Below, in pieces: positions 40,630 to 51,250 of a stretch of DNA of 64,000 bases. Made by a program: the position numbers and the translations under genes. Location: contig JADJPV010000002.1 of assembly GCA_016713085.1 (NCBI GenBank), positions 1,575,352 through 1,639,351 of the forward strand, in the 5' to 3' direction. This DNA comes from Chitinophagaceae bacterium (GTDB lineage: Bacteria > Bacteroidota > Bacteroidia > Chitinophagales > Chitinophagaceae). The notes under the pieces were generated by a model. It searched no databases and was not told the DNA's origin. It was given only the letters and a program-made list of their open reading frames with translations. The stretch's first letter is position 1. The number at the start of each line of letters is the position of its first letter.

Positions 40630-43578
40630 TTATTTCACAATCACTTCATCAATAAAAATATGCGAAGGCGATCCTGCACTCTCATGCCATGCAGGTAATT
40701 TGCCGCCACTTTTTGCAACCACCCGTATAAACCTTGCACTTGCTTTTACATTACTGCCTAACTCCTGCACAATAGGCCCCCGTTCATTCATTGTAACCGT
40801 ATTCACAACCCTTGCAAGCGGTATGAAATTTTTACCATCTTTGCTCACTTCAAAGAACACTTCTCCAGGAAAAACAATCCAAGGGCTAACCTCCTGCAAT
40901 ACATGAACTCCTACATAGTTAATGGGTCTTGTTTGCTGTAAATCTATAACAGCTATAAAATCCGTATCATAATAACTCTGCCAGTCACCGGTTTTCCAAT
41001 TGGCTGCTCCTGTAATTCCATCGATTAACAGATTGTTCCCTCCTCCCGTATACATCGGATGCACTTTACTTAATACATTAATACTTCTATCGGAAGGAAT
41101 TTTATGAAATTGTTGCGTGATAACCGCACTTTTAAAGCCCTTCTTTTCTGCATACAGTTTTACAACAGCCGTTTCATTTATTGCAAAAGGCTTAGTATAG
41201 CGAATAAAAGCTGATGGGCTTCCACCTTTTCTTTGAATACTGTAAAAGAGTGTTGCTTTGGCATCAAGATGTTGCAACACAATATTCAGATTATATTTAA
41301 ATTTATTACTGGGCATTTTAAAAAAAGGCACTGCAACAAACTGTTCATCATTCACAAACGAAACAGGCATTTCACTTTTCTTCACGCCACGTGTTAAATT
41401 GGGTTGATTGCTCATTTCAAATACAAGTTCTCCTCCATTTTCAACATCTGTATTTTTTATAAAGGTTGCAGCATATGGTATTCCGTTGAGTATTACATTA
41501 TTTACATAATAATTCGATGGCTTCCTGTTGTTCGCAGTAATTGTAAATGTCTTCCCGTTTTCAAGATGAATCTTCACTTCATCAAACAATGCTACACCTA
41601 ATGCATATATTCCGCTTCCGGGGGTTACCTGATAAAAACCCATCGAGCTCATCACAAACCAGGCACTCATCTGCCCGCAATCTTCATTACCTATTAAACC
41701 ATCGGGGCTGTTTGGGTAAAACTCTGTACATATCTTATGCACCAACTCCTGTGTGCGCCAGGGTTTACCTGCATAATTGAACAGATAGGCGATGTGATGA
41801 CTTGGCTCGTTTCCATGTGCATACTGTCCAATTAAACCTGTTACATCTGCCTGGTCACGACCGCTTAGTGTTTGTGTAGTACTAAATAGCTCCTCCAGCT
41901 TTTGCAAAAATTTCTCTTTGCCTCCATACAGCTTTATCAATCCTTCTATATCCTGCTGCGCTGAAAAAGAATAATGCCAGGAATTACCTTCGGTAAAAAA
42001 ATTATTAACTTCTGTTGCATTAAATGGCGAAAACCAAAACCCCTGTACTTTACCCCGGATATGACCGGAAAAAGGATCAAACAGATTTCGGTAGTTGAGT
42101 GATCGCAGTAAATACTTCCGATACACATCATCGTTGCCAAGCCATTGTGCAAACTGTGCAATACACCAATCGTCATAAGCATACTCTACTGTTTTAGAGC
42201 TGCTTTCATGATCAAAATCATTACTTACAAAACCCTGCTTCTTGTATTGCTGCAAACCAAACCGCTCGCTTTCTGCATAAGTCATCATTGCTTTTAACGC
42301 CAGCTGTGTATCAAAATTTCTGATTCCTTTTTGGTATGCATCTGCAATTACAGAAACCGAGTGATAGCCGATCATACAGAATGTTTCATTTCCGCTTAAC
42401 TCCCAAACCGGCAACATCCCTCCGTATTTGTATTGCATTAAAAAAGTATTAATCCAATCTCCTGTTCGCTTACTGTTAATGATTGACATTAAAGGATGCA
42501 ATGCCCTGTGCGTATCCCACAATGAAAAAACAGAGTAATTCGTAAACCCATCTGTTTTATGAATAAGTTGATCGGTTCCCCGGTATTCATTATTAACGTC
42601 GGTATATATATTCGGACTTAACGAGGCATGATACAACGCTGTATAAAAAGAAACCTGCTGGTCTTTTGTTCCCCCTTTAATTTCAATTTTACCCAACTCC
42701 TTATTCCATTCGTCTTCCGCTTTCTTTTTAAGTGCTGAAAAATTCCAATTTGTAATTTCCGTATCCAGGTTAAGCTTTGCATTTTCCATACTTACTCCGG
42801 AAATACCCACTTTCATCTGCACACGCCTGCTATCCTGCAGGTCAAAAACAAAATATGATTTCAGGTTTTTTCCTGCAGCAGATTGTATCCCTTTTTGCAA
42901 TACATCATTCACAGCAATCCCATATTCCCTGATTGGTTTTTCAAAACGGATATAAAAAAACAAAGACTGATCAGTTGCCCACGATTTACTCCGGCGCATA
43001 CCTCTAACTTCATATGCATTTACAACTTCCATTGACGATTCAAGTACTTCATCCCGGTGCTGAAGATCGAGAAGTATTTTACCATCGGTTGTTTTTGCAT
43101 CAAATGTATATGCATGCATACCGGAGCGATAAGATGTACTGAGTTCAGCTTTGATATTGTGTTTATCAAGCACTACTTCATAGTAACCGGGAGCTGCTTT
43201 TTCTTTTTTATGCGAAAAGGGAGATGCGTATTCAGTGTTTTTCCATTTTACATTACCTGTAAACGGCATTACCAGTACATCACAATAATCGGCAATACCT
43301 GTACCGCTCAAATGCGTATGAGAAAACCCATAGATCAGCGAATCTGAATAATGATAACCGCTGCAACCATCCCATCCTTCCAGCCTCGTATCAGGGCTCA
43401 ACTGCATCATGCCAAAGGGCATACTGGCGCCTGGATATGTATGTCCATGGCCGCCCGTACCGATGAAAGGATTCACAAAGCCGGAGTACTTAGTTTGTGC
43501 AGGAGCACTAAAACCAAATACAAACAGCAGGAAATAAATGGTGATTGATTGAATAACTTTCTTCTGACTATTTTTCAT
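40630..43578 (-). CDS. GH92 alpha-mannosidase with C-terminal Fn3-like and F5/8-type domains
   Basis: VNPFIGTGGHGHTYPGA, GFSHTHLSGTG, FSLWDTHR, CMIGYHS, TEGNSWHY, GQYAHGNEPSHH and GNEDCGQMSAW motifs. Confidence 0.95.
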   Translation of the reverse strand: MKNSQKKVIQSITIYFLLFVFGFSAPAQTKYSGFVNPFIGTGGHGHTYPGASMPFGMMQLSPDTRLEGWDGCSGYHYSDSLIYGFSHTHLSGTGIADYCDVLVMPFTGNVKWKNTEYASPFSHKKEKAAPGYYEVVLDKHNIKAELSTSYRSGMHAYTFDAKTTDGKILLDLQHRDEVLESSMEVVNAYEVRGMRRSKSWATDQSLFFYIRFEKPIREYGIAVNDVLQKGIQSAAGKNLKSYFVFDLQDSRRVQMKVGISGVSMENAKLNLDTEITNWNFSALKKKAEDEWNKELGKIEIKGGTKDQQVSFYTALYHASLSPNIYTDVNNEYRGTDQLIHKTDGFTNYSVFSLWDTHRALHPLMSIINSKRTGDWINTFLMQYKYGGMLPVWELSGNETFCMIGYHSVSVIADAYQKGIRNFDTQLALKAMMTYAESERFGLQQYKKQGFVSNDFDHESSSKTVEYAYDDWCIAQFAQWLGNDDVYRKYLLRSLNYRNLFDPFSGHIRGKVQGFWFSPFNATEVNNFFTEGNSWHYSFSAQQDIEGLIKLYGGKEKFLQKLEELFSTTQTLSGRDQADVTGLIGQYAHGNEPSHHIAYLFNYAGKPWRTQELVHKICTEFYPNSPDGLIGNEDCGQMSAWFVMSSMGFYQVTPGSGIYALGVALFDEVKIHLENGKTFTITANNRKPSNYYVNNVILNGIPYAATFIKNTDVENGGELVFEMSNQPNLTRGVKKSEMPVSFVNDEQFVAVPFFKMPSNKFKYNLNIVLQHLDAKATLFYSIQRKGGSPSAFIRYTKPFAINETAVVKLYAEKKGFKSAVITQQFHKIPSDRSINVLSKVHPMYTGGGNNLLIDGITGAANWKTGDWQSYYDTDFIAVIDLQQTRPINYVGVHVLQEVSPWIVFPGEVFFEVSKDGKNFIPLARVVNTVTMNERGPIVQELGSNVKASARFIRVVAKSGGKLPAWHESAGSPSHIFIDEVIVK

Positions 43579-43675
43579 TTCTGTTTATCCTTTTTTTCGA
43601 TAAAACATACCCTTCTGCTTTACTCAGGACGGCTTCCTTATTATTACACAGAATATGTTTGAGCCGTTTCGGTTA

Positions 43676-44188
43676 TCATTTTAAATACAGTTCAATAATA
43701 CGATCAACCTCATCCAATACAATAGCTGTAAGATAAATAAATGTTCCTTTCGGCAGCAGTTTCAACTTAACTTCTTTTCCATTATCTGTTTCAGTTCAGG
43801 AATGAAAATATAACCCGGTTGCTCAGGCCAGCTGAGAATGTACATAAACAAGTACTGACTTTAAAAGTAACGGGAATAAATGCTCGCTGCTCAATCAGTA
43901 TTTCTTTTAAAGAAATATTTGTGGCTGTTGTTCAGAAAGCGTGTAGCTGTTCAGCATTTCATCAAATTCATCTGCTGCCAAATCTTTTTCGGTTTTAACT
44001 GCAATTCTATTTGCCGGTAATCTTTTCAATACTTCCCGTTTCTTTGATTTTTGACACCCATTCAATACCCAAATTTTGTGCTCGGAATGCAGGTTGTTGT
44101 TACACAAACCGGATATGCAGTAAAAGACGAAACCCTTCACAGGGAAGGGCTTCGGCAATGTACTGTGCTTTGTGAAGAATACTGACAA
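43676..44188 (-). pseudogene. Possible multiply frameshifted hypothetical gene (about 170 aa)
   Basis: A 93-aa ORF is followed by protein-like segments in successive frames (ISLKEILIEQRAFIP / FMYILSWPEQPGYIFIPELKQ / VKLKLLPKGTFILSY / AIVLDEVDRIIELYLK*). Family not recognised. Confidence 0.3.
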
Positions 44189-44376
44189 ACCTTAAACCCG
44201 CTATGGTGTGTGTGGGGGGTGGAAGGCAGTTTGCTTGGCAATTTTTTTTCTTTCAAACGAAAAAAAAATCTACATACATTCATCTGTTACATTGCAACTA
44301 TACATTATTCGATATTTCATTATTTACAAGTTTAATTTCATTAAATTTTAGTCAAACTGCTCCTTAAATACATAAC

Positions 44377-44846
44377 TTAAAATGTATATCGAATTCCAAG
44401 CCCTCCCCAATTCCCAACAAAACCTCTGTTATTCCCAAATTCAAAAGCCGGCTGCCAGTCAACAGACATATTTAGTGGCAGTGATTTGAATTTATAATCA
44501 AGACCAAGACCCCGTCAATTCCGGCAAACACGCCATCACCGTAATTCGTATTGTAAAATCCAATATGGGCACCGGGTCCGATATACCATTTCAAACCGGT
44601 TACGTTAGCAATGGGAGTATGTATTTCATACAAACCGGTTAATCGCATCCCATGGCCCCAAAAATAACCTGTAAGCTCAACTGCATCTTTAGAATGAAAG
44701 AAATGTTTAAAGCTTATGCCAGCCCCATCCCAGGCTTTTACACCCAAAGCTGTTTTGTAACTACTGCTCTTGGTTGATTTACTTTGTGCATTAACAATAA
44801 TAGTCATAAACAGAAAACACATAACTAAACAGGATACTCTTTTCAT
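44377..44846 (-). CDS. Small outer-membrane beta-barrel-like protein; single-base frameshift near 44508
   Basis: Signal peptide, YKTALGVK, WYIGPGAHIGF. The shifted frame continues LGLDYKFKSLPLNMSVDWQPAFEF...GGLGIRYTF* with a terminal Phe. Confidence 0.8.
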
Positions 44847-44980
44847 AAAAAATATTTTACACTATGACTTTTAAATAAATGGAATAGTTGCTGTTTGTAA
44901 AATAAAAAGACTATCGTCTGTTTTATTTTGCTGAATAAGTATTTACCTGCAACTAATATTCTAACAAAAAAGTCTTATTA

Positions 44981-45187
44981 ATGAAAAAGTTTCACTTGCA
45001 GATTGGATACTGTTGGTGGTTAATGACAGAAATGGCGCCTTTGCAGGTTTCTGTTGAGGCCCTTTCTCTAAATTCTACTATAAATGATTTGAGGAAGTAT
45101 TTCCTTCTAACCTATGAACCTGATTTTAAACAGCTTCCCGTTCATTGTTCAGTTTATCTAAAACAAATTCCCGGGAAATTGAAGTAA
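44981..45187 (+). CDS. Hypothetical 68-aa protein
   Basis: ORF in an otherwise empty interval, divergent from the OMP gene; no motif recognised. Confidence 0.35.
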   Translation: MKKFHLQIGYCWWLMTEMAPLQVSVEALSLNSTINDLRKYFLLTYEPDFKQLPVHCSVYLKQIPGKLK

Positions 45188-45215
45188 AAAAAAACAACTG
45201 ACTAAAAAAAACGAA

Positions 45216-45509
45216 GTGTTGGTAAAAGCACTAACTACGATAAAAAATATTGAAACAGGCTTCTTTCAACCACACAACCGAACAAACTGTGTCGTTTGTC
45301 AAACAGGCATTCCCTGTAAAGATTGCATTGATGAGGAATATATAAAACTGGGAAGGCTTGATATTAAAAAAGATGATGTACTGTATGTAAGATATCAACA
45401 CAAGAATACAGTGAGTCTGGCTGACCAAAACGGCTTTATTTATTCTGTAAACATATCTGATTTTCACACCTTTTTTGAAAATCTGAATGACAGGGCTGGA
45501 AAAATATAA
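45216..45509 (+). CDS. Hypothetical 97-aa protein with CxxC-x5-CxxC motif
   Basis: GTG start; CVVCQTGIPCKDC. Confidence 0.55.
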   Translation: MLVKALTTIKNIETGFFQPHNRTNCVVCQTGIPCKDCIDEEYIKLGRLDIKKDDVLYVRYQHKNTVSLADQNGFIYSVNISDFHTFFENLNDRAGKI

Positions 45510-45556
45510 AAACTAAATACAGGAGCACTTAAATTTCTATTCTGATATCTGCATTT

Positions 45557-46261
45557 TTATCTGCTATTAGTCTGTACAAATTTCCTCACCGGGTAACCCA
45601 TTGCCGGAATCTGAAAAACAGCAGGAGCGATTGCAAGATCAGATATACTTACAGCAGTATATGTTAAAACGGCTCTTTCATTTTCGTACGTATATTGTAA
45701 TACCAACCCTGGAATACCCGCAAATGCCGGTTCAGCAATTTCAAACATTGAATTCCTGATCAATTCAGTATAAAAAACAACGATCTTTTGTTCTTCACTC
45801 AGAATAATTGTTGCTTTTTTACACTGATAACCCAAAATAAGAATACTGTCATTACTTAGTATACAGGTACTGCTGTCGTATTTACGGTTGTATTGCTGCC
45901 ATTCTTTCAGCGACAGGTAGGTTTTGTATTTATCCTTACCTGATTCATTTACAATAGCGATTGTTCTTTCCCTGTTACCTGTTTCCCGAAAATAAAAAAC
46001 ACTTTGCATACGCATTAATGAAACCAACCGGTTTCTTACCCTTCCTTTACTGATAAACAACGTTTTTAATCCGCCATTATACGTTTCAGCATATCCTTCT
46101 TTTTGAAGTGATTTGATATTCAGTGAGTAGGAAACCGTTAAATCGGATTCACCGCTTGTATCAATAAAAGGTAAATTCTCCTGTATCTGTGCGCTTAATA
46201 GCTCACACGAGAGGAGTAACCCGAAAATTAAAATAATATATGACCAGATTTTTTTACTCAT
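45557..46261 (-). CDS. GLPGLI/DUF4412-like secreted protein
   Basis: Signal peptide; ILGYQCKKA, VFYT, GIPGLVLQY and FQIP..GY motifs. Confidence 0.75.
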   Translation of the reverse strand: MSKKIWSYIILIFGLLLSCELLSAQIQENLPFIDTSGESDLTVSYSLNIKSLQKEGYAETYNGGLKTLFISKGRVRNRLVSLMRMQSVFYFRETGNRERTIAIVNESGKDKYKTYLSLKEWQQYNRKYDSSTCILSNDSILILGYQCKKATIILSEEQKIVVFYTELIRNSMFEIAEPAFAGIPGLVLQYTYENERAVLTYTAVSISDLAIAPAVFQIPAMGYPVRKFVQTNSR

Positions 46262-46264
46262 GGA

Positions 46265-47137
46265 TCAGTAATTAAACAGGCTATCACCCATATCAATAAT
46301 ATCAAGTGGATTTGCATTCATTTTTTTATCAAACAGTTTCACATCATTCTTCCTCCATTTCTCAATTCTTCCTTTCACTCTTCTTGCTTTCCAGGTTGGT
46401 TTCCCTTTTCGACCCGTCTTATACAATTCAGAAATTATGGTCTGCATATAGGAGGAAACAGAAATATTCGTGAACTCATTAATCGAAATCTGTATCTCTT
46501 TCCCATCCGAACTTCTGAAAAAGGATGGCACTGTTTTGGGTTTAAGTTTTGCAAATGTGTACAACAGATCATTCTCGTATACTATCAGATTATCTCCATT
46601 TATCTGTACATAAGAAACAGCCAGCCAATTATCGGTCTGCTTGTGAAAGCTTAATTTGCCAGGTGCTGTTTGATGTGACTTGTTTGCAGTAAGTTCTGCT
46701 TGTGTTTTTTTTTCATTAAGCTTCGGTTGATTTTCCAGTAACTTATCAGCACTTTTCACTTTAACAGTATCTGGTCCCTTCTGCTTCTGAGGGCTGTATT
46801 TCTTTAATAGAAATGGCACTGCCAGTATGAAAATAAAAATAGCTGCAGCAACGGCATACTTCCTGAAAAGAAAAATAATTCTTCCCGAGGTTCTTTCATT
46901 TCCTGTCACCCTTTGCTGGGCCTGTATATTTTCTCTTTGATAATTGACTTTGATTTGTTCAAACAGTATTTCCGGAGGTTTTTGTTCAAAATTCTGCAAC
47001 TCCCTGCTCTTTATTTTCAGGTACGCATCCCCCGGTTTACCAAAAAACTCATCTTGCAAAGCTTCCCATATTTTAGGGGGAGGCGTTACACTGTAATTTT
47101 TCAGTCTTTTGAAAATATCGTAGTTATTGTTGCTCAT
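46265..47137 (-). CDS. Putative membrane-anchored anti-sigma factor
   Basis: Overlaps the ECF sigma stop. N-terminal LKNYSVTPPPKIWEAL motif, one TM helix (YAVAAAIFIFILAVPFLL), then a periplasmic domain. Confidence 0.65.
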   Translation of the reverse strand: MSNNNYDIFKRLKNYSVTPPPKIWEALQDEFFGKPGDAYLKIKSRELQNFEQKPPEILFEQIKVNYQRENIQAQQRVTGNERTSGRIIFLFRKYAVAAAIFIFILAVPFLLKKYSPQKQKGPDTVKVKSADKLLENQPKLNEKKTQAELTANKSHQTAPGKLSFHKQTDNWLAVSYVQINGDNLIVYENDLLYTFAKLKPKTVPSFFRSSDGKEIQISINEFTNISVSSYMQTIISELYKTGRKGKPTWKARRVKGRIEKWRKNDVKLFDKKMNANPLDIIDMGDSLFNY

Positions 47138-47672
47138 CAGCCAATAATTTCTTTAATTGATTTTTTGCCCTGTGCAACTGTGCTTTACTGCCACTTTCAG
47201 ATATCTGCAGCATTTCAGCGATTTCTTTATGATCATAGCCTTCAACAAGATAAAGGTTAAAAACAGTTCGTTGACCGTGTGGCAGCTTCTTGACTAATGA
47301 AAACAGGTCTTCAAGTGCAAGTTTGTCAAACCCGGTAAAGCCATTTGCCTCGCTTGGTAAATCTTCATTGCTTTCTATAAAATGAATATTTTTCTTCTTA
47401 TAGAAATCAAGACAGGTATTAACGAAAACTCGCCTGGCCCAACCCTCAAATGATCCTTCATATCTGAAGCTTTTCAGATTTAGAAATAATCTCGTGAAAG
47501 CACTTTGAAAAATGTCATTGGCATCCTGTGTGTTGTCGGTTTGCCGCAAACACAAACTGTACATTTTTCCTGCTATCATATCATATAGCTTCTTAAATGC
47601 CCGCTCATCACCAATTATACTTTTCTCAATTAAGACTCTGGTTTCTGCTGACTGGTCACTTTCTTTTCCCAT
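47124..47672 (-). CDS. RNA polymerase ECF sigma-70 factor
   Basis: AFKKLYD, SFEGWARRVFVNTCLD, LPHGQRTVFNL..VEGYDHKEIAEML.ISESGSKAQLHRAK. Confidence 0.95.
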   Translation of the reverse strand: MGKESDQSAETRVLIEKSIIGDERAFKKLYDMIAGKMYSLCLRQTDNTQDANDIFQSAFTRLFLNLKSFRYEGSFEGWARRVFVNTCLDFYKKKNIHFIESNEDLPSEANGFTGFDKLALEDLFSLVKKLPHGQRTVFNLYLVEGYDHKEIAEMLQISESGSKAQLHRAKNQLKKLLADEQQ

Positions 47673-48324
47673 ATTTTTTTTGACCTTTATCCGTATTAAA
47701 TAGTTATCACTTAGAAACTTTTCTGTTGGTCTGATCGTCTATAAATAGATCAGATAACCAAAACGTCATTCATAAGCTTGTCTGATGATGTTACTGTTAA
47801 CCATTAAACCTGTACTTTTTTTTTGCAAACAGCAGGTTTTCTTCAGTTGTACTGAAACGGTTTCATCTGAGTATTTTTAATACGGATTAAACTATATATG
47901 GTGTCTTAATTGGTCTGCACTTCATTGCAAATATCTCTGTTATCTGTCCAATCCTGTTACAATCGAACAATAACTGCCTGATGTTGATTGTCCGGTTGTT
48001 CAGTACATATAAAATTTACTGCATGCAAATAAACGGGCCACTTTCGCAACCCGTTGCCCACCTGCAAACAAAAGCCAGGTAACTGCCAGAATATTTTACA
48101 CAATTCATCAAGCCTTAACGGTAAAGACGACTGTACTGCTGAAAAAGTTGCAGTCCGTAAAAAAAACAACCTCTGGTGAATTAAAACGTAAAAGCCGGCT
48201 GTTGAAACAACTGGCTTAACTTCTAATTTCAGGTTTTCTCCGGATAGTTTTTCTTATAGCATTATATATATGACTGCTAAATTTTAAAAAGCAACTGACG
48301 ACAATACTTATACTGTTTAAAATA

Positions 48325-48346
48325 GCCCGCTATGGAAATAGCAGGC
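48325..48346 (-). terminator. Rho-independent terminator of the GEVED gene
   Basis: Minus strand GCCTGCTAT-TTCC-ATAGCGGGC followed by TATTTT. Confidence 0.6.
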
Positions 48347-48458
48347 GTTCCATCAAACCTGTACCTTATTAATCCATGAAAAATTACTACTGATTAATGC
48401 GTATTGCACTAGTGAATTAATGAGCGCAATTGAAACGGTTTTCTGCAGATTTCCATCT

Positions 48459-50873
48459 CTATTGCTTAATGATCCGTTTTGTATATATTTTCCTGTTATC
48501 CTGTATAATTGCTGCTTCATATATCCCATTGCTCCAGTTATTCGTATTAATTTGCAAAACAGAAGCTCCATTAACTGTTTCAGATTTTATAATCTGCCCC
48601 ATACTATTATAAATCAAAAGTTGCTTAAGCCCTTTACCTTTCAGCTCTACAGTAAGCATATCACGAACAGCAACAGGGTAAACAGAATATTGCACTTTAA
48701 AACAGTTAAAGTTTACACTCACAATTTCACTGATTTTTTCCTGCATGTCAACATCAACCATGCGTAAGCGATAGAGGTAGTTACCTGCAGTCACTGATGC
48801 ATCAGCATACTGATAGTTCATTTCGGAACTGCTGTTACCGGAAGCAGCAACATTGCCGATCACTTTCCAGTCTCTTCCATTACTGCTTCGCTCTACCAGG
48901 AATTGTTTACTGTTCTGTTCTGCTGCTGTGCTCCACTTTAACATGATAGCTGAACAATCTGAATTCACCTGAACAGTAAATAATTTCAGTGTTACCGGTA
49001 ATGCAATTGCCCAATTGATTGTATAGGTTGCCGGAGTATTATCAACTGCTCCTGCAGCATCTCTATAAGCATATGTAAAACTTGTGCTGAGTGCCCCAAC
49101 GGTTGCACTGGTTAATTTAACAGATAATAATGCTGGATTATAATTGCTGATGATATCCCCATTACTCAATTTAATTCCATCATACAGTAAATCTGCATTT
49201 GAAGGAACCGTTGTTATCTGTACTGTCTTCCCAATGAGAAAAGCAGTCGTATATAAATCCTCAAAATCATTTCCTGTTAATGGACCGGGACTGCCTGCAG
49301 AACCGGAACCATTTAATGAAATCAAAGCTCCTGCTGCGGGTTGTGAAATTGTATATGACTGTGTGATACTTTCCGGTAATTTTTCTATTCCAAAATTAAC
49401 ATCCGTAATATCTGCTGTAGTGATTATTACAGGGTTCACTGTTCCATTTACTGTTAAATCATTTCCCTCAGATACTCCTATGTTTTCGCCGGTATTGATC
49501 CAGCCCTGAGGTAATGTTGTACCGGAAGAGGGCGAAGGAGAATTGTTAATCAGAACGGTGTAAGCACCTGCTGTAAGATTTAAAAATTCATACTTTCCAT
49601 TTGCTAAAACATCAAACTTAGCAATTTCTATTCCGGTAGAAAATAAATGCGCATAGATAGACCCGCCAACATTCGTTCCTGTACCGTTTACGGTAAGATC
49701 AGTTAACCCGTTTGCATCATTATAAACATACCCACTGATATTTGCAAGTATGTTAACGGCTACATCTTCTACTTCACCTGTTGATGCCAGTCCTGTAGGA
49801 GCTGACACTTCAGATGAGTTCACCGCTATTCTGCAACGCAAATAGCTTATTCCTGCAACCGGCGTTGTAAATCCAGTAAATGTTACACTGGCAGTTTGTT
49901 GTAAAGCGCTTGGGGGAACTGTAACAGAAGTTATTTCACCGGCATCAAGAAAATCACCATCACGGTTAAAATCAAACCAGCATGCCAGCGTTGCGTCTGC
50001 ACCGGTATTATTAAACACACTAACTGTAAAAGAAACGCTGGTTGAAGTTGTAGATATAACCGGAAACACACTAACACCGTCTTCATCATCAGTTGAACCT
50101 GTATTGCTGATATCATCTTCCTGCGCTGCAACAGATTGAAGAGTTCCCGGATCAGCATCCGGTGCAGAATTGCCGAGGTATAATTCATTGTTGAAAAGAT
50201 GTCTTGGCCCATTGTCAGCATCCAGTGTATTATAATTACCAGCTCCTGTACTTGCTCCACCGGGGATATCCGGAGCGTCACCATAATCAAGATTCAAACC
50301 ACTATTCATTGCAGTGCAGTCAACAACAGTTAAAAGCAAATCAAATACAACTGCGTTATTGTTGCCATCTCCTGTATTAATACGCAGCATCACATTCCCA
50401 GTAAAAGATGATGCATTATTCATTTGCACCCTTAAAGCATCAGCAGTTCCATTACCATCTGTATCTACCAGACTGTATATAGGATCGGCGGCCGGCACTA
50501 ATAAATATAAAGCGCCATTATGCAGATAAAGTGACAAAGCAAAAAAGGGTGCCGGATAATTGCTATTACCGGCTTTAGCCAGATTATTAAGAGGGAATAC
50601 CACAGAAGTTCCCTTACACATAGTTGCCGACATTCCTATGCGGCCGGTGGCGGCAAAAACCGGTTTAAAACTCATGCCTGTTAAACACAATACAAGCAGC
50701 ATTTTCACAAGTGTACTGATGTTCGTCTTTGCTTTTACAATAACCTTTTTCTGGCTGCACACATTTGACTGATTGCAATTTCCAGCCTTGGTTCCTGAAA
50801 GCAGGTGCTCTGAATTCTTACGGCTCATTTGAGAAAATCCCAGCGTTAGAAATTGGGTAAAATTTTGTTTCAT
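48459..50873 (-). CDS. T9SS-secreted surface protein with GEVED and SdrD-B-like domains
   Basis: DYGDAP...DDEDGV...WFDFNRDGDF...TGEVED; ISGYVYNDANG; LPVTLKLF plus a type-A CTD ending KRIIKQ. Start placed at MKQNF (50873); 50948 is also possible. Confidence 0.85.
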   Translation of the reverse strand: MKQNFTQFLTLGFSQMSRKNSEHLLSGTKAGNCNQSNVCSQKKVIVKAKTNISTLVKMLLVLCLTGMSFKPVFAATGRIGMSATMCKGTSVVFPLNNLAKAGNSNYPAPFFALSLYLHNGALYLLVPAADPIYSLVDTDGNGTADALRVQMNNASSFTGNVMLRINTGDGNNNAVVFDLLLTVVDCTAMNSGLNLDYGDAPDIPGGASTGAGNYNTLDADNGPRHLFNNELYLGNSAPDADPGTLQSVAAQEDDISNTGSTDDEDGVSVFPVISTTSTSVSFTVSVFNNTGADATLACWFDFNRDGDFLDAGEITSVTVPPSALQQTASVTFTGFTTPVAGISYLRCRIAVNSSEVSAPTGLASTGEVEDVAVNILANISGYVYNDANGLTDLTVNGTGTNVGGSIYAHLFSTGIEIAKFDVLANGKYEFLNLTAGAYTVLINNSPSPSSGTTLPQGWINTGENIGVSEGNDLTVNGTVNPVIITTADITDVNFGIEKLPESITQSYTISQPAAGALISLNGSGSAGSPGPLTGNDFEDLYTTAFLIGKTVQITTVPSNADLLYDGIKLSNGDIISNYNPALLSVKLTSATVGALSTSFTYAYRDAAGAVDNTPATYTINWAIALPVTLKLFTVQVNSDCSAIMLKWSTAAEQNSKQFLVERSSNGRDWKVIGNVAASGNSSSEMNYQYADASVTAGNYLYRLRMVDVDMQEKISEIVSVNFNCFKVQYSVYPVAVRDMLTVELKGKGLKQLLIYNSMGQIIKSETVNGASVLQINTNNWSNGIYEAAIIQDNRKIYTKRIIKQ

Positions 50874-51147
50874 GTTGTACGATTTAAAATTTAATTTAAT
50901 ATCCTGGCTTATACAGGAACGCTGCAACAATTCAGTTGTACGTTGCAAAAAAACTGATGATAAGGTTTATAAATATCTGGTCCGTCAATCAGGGCAATCC
51001 CCTGTTTTTGCACTTTACTGATTTTCAATCATGAATATTTTGGTTGGATTTCCATTGGGTTGAATCACTCCCTGGCGGGAATTGTAAAGCTTAAAGACCT
51101 GAATAGATTCATATCGGTTGCAGGCAAAGTGGCTAAGAATCTATTTC

Positions 51148-51161
51148 ATGACTTTTGTCAT
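51148..51161. promoter_or_regulatory. Candidate Crp/Fnr operator ATGAC-TTTT-GTCAT
   Basis: Perfect 5+5 inverted repeat between the divergent GEVED and Crp/Fnr genes. Confidence 0.4.
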
Positions 51162-51250
51162 TATTTTGAAACAACTGCAACTTTGTAAATTAAAAAATCG
51201 TCCTGACCCTGACCTGATAGTCAGATAAATTCCCGCAATATATTTGCAGC

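Noticed and set aside
47673-48458. Coding potential or a pseudogene in the 790-bp gap (ORFs 47957-48169 and 48353-48571)
   Set aside because: The translations show no recognisable motifs; only terminator-like hairpins (48192-48217 and 48325-48346) were found.
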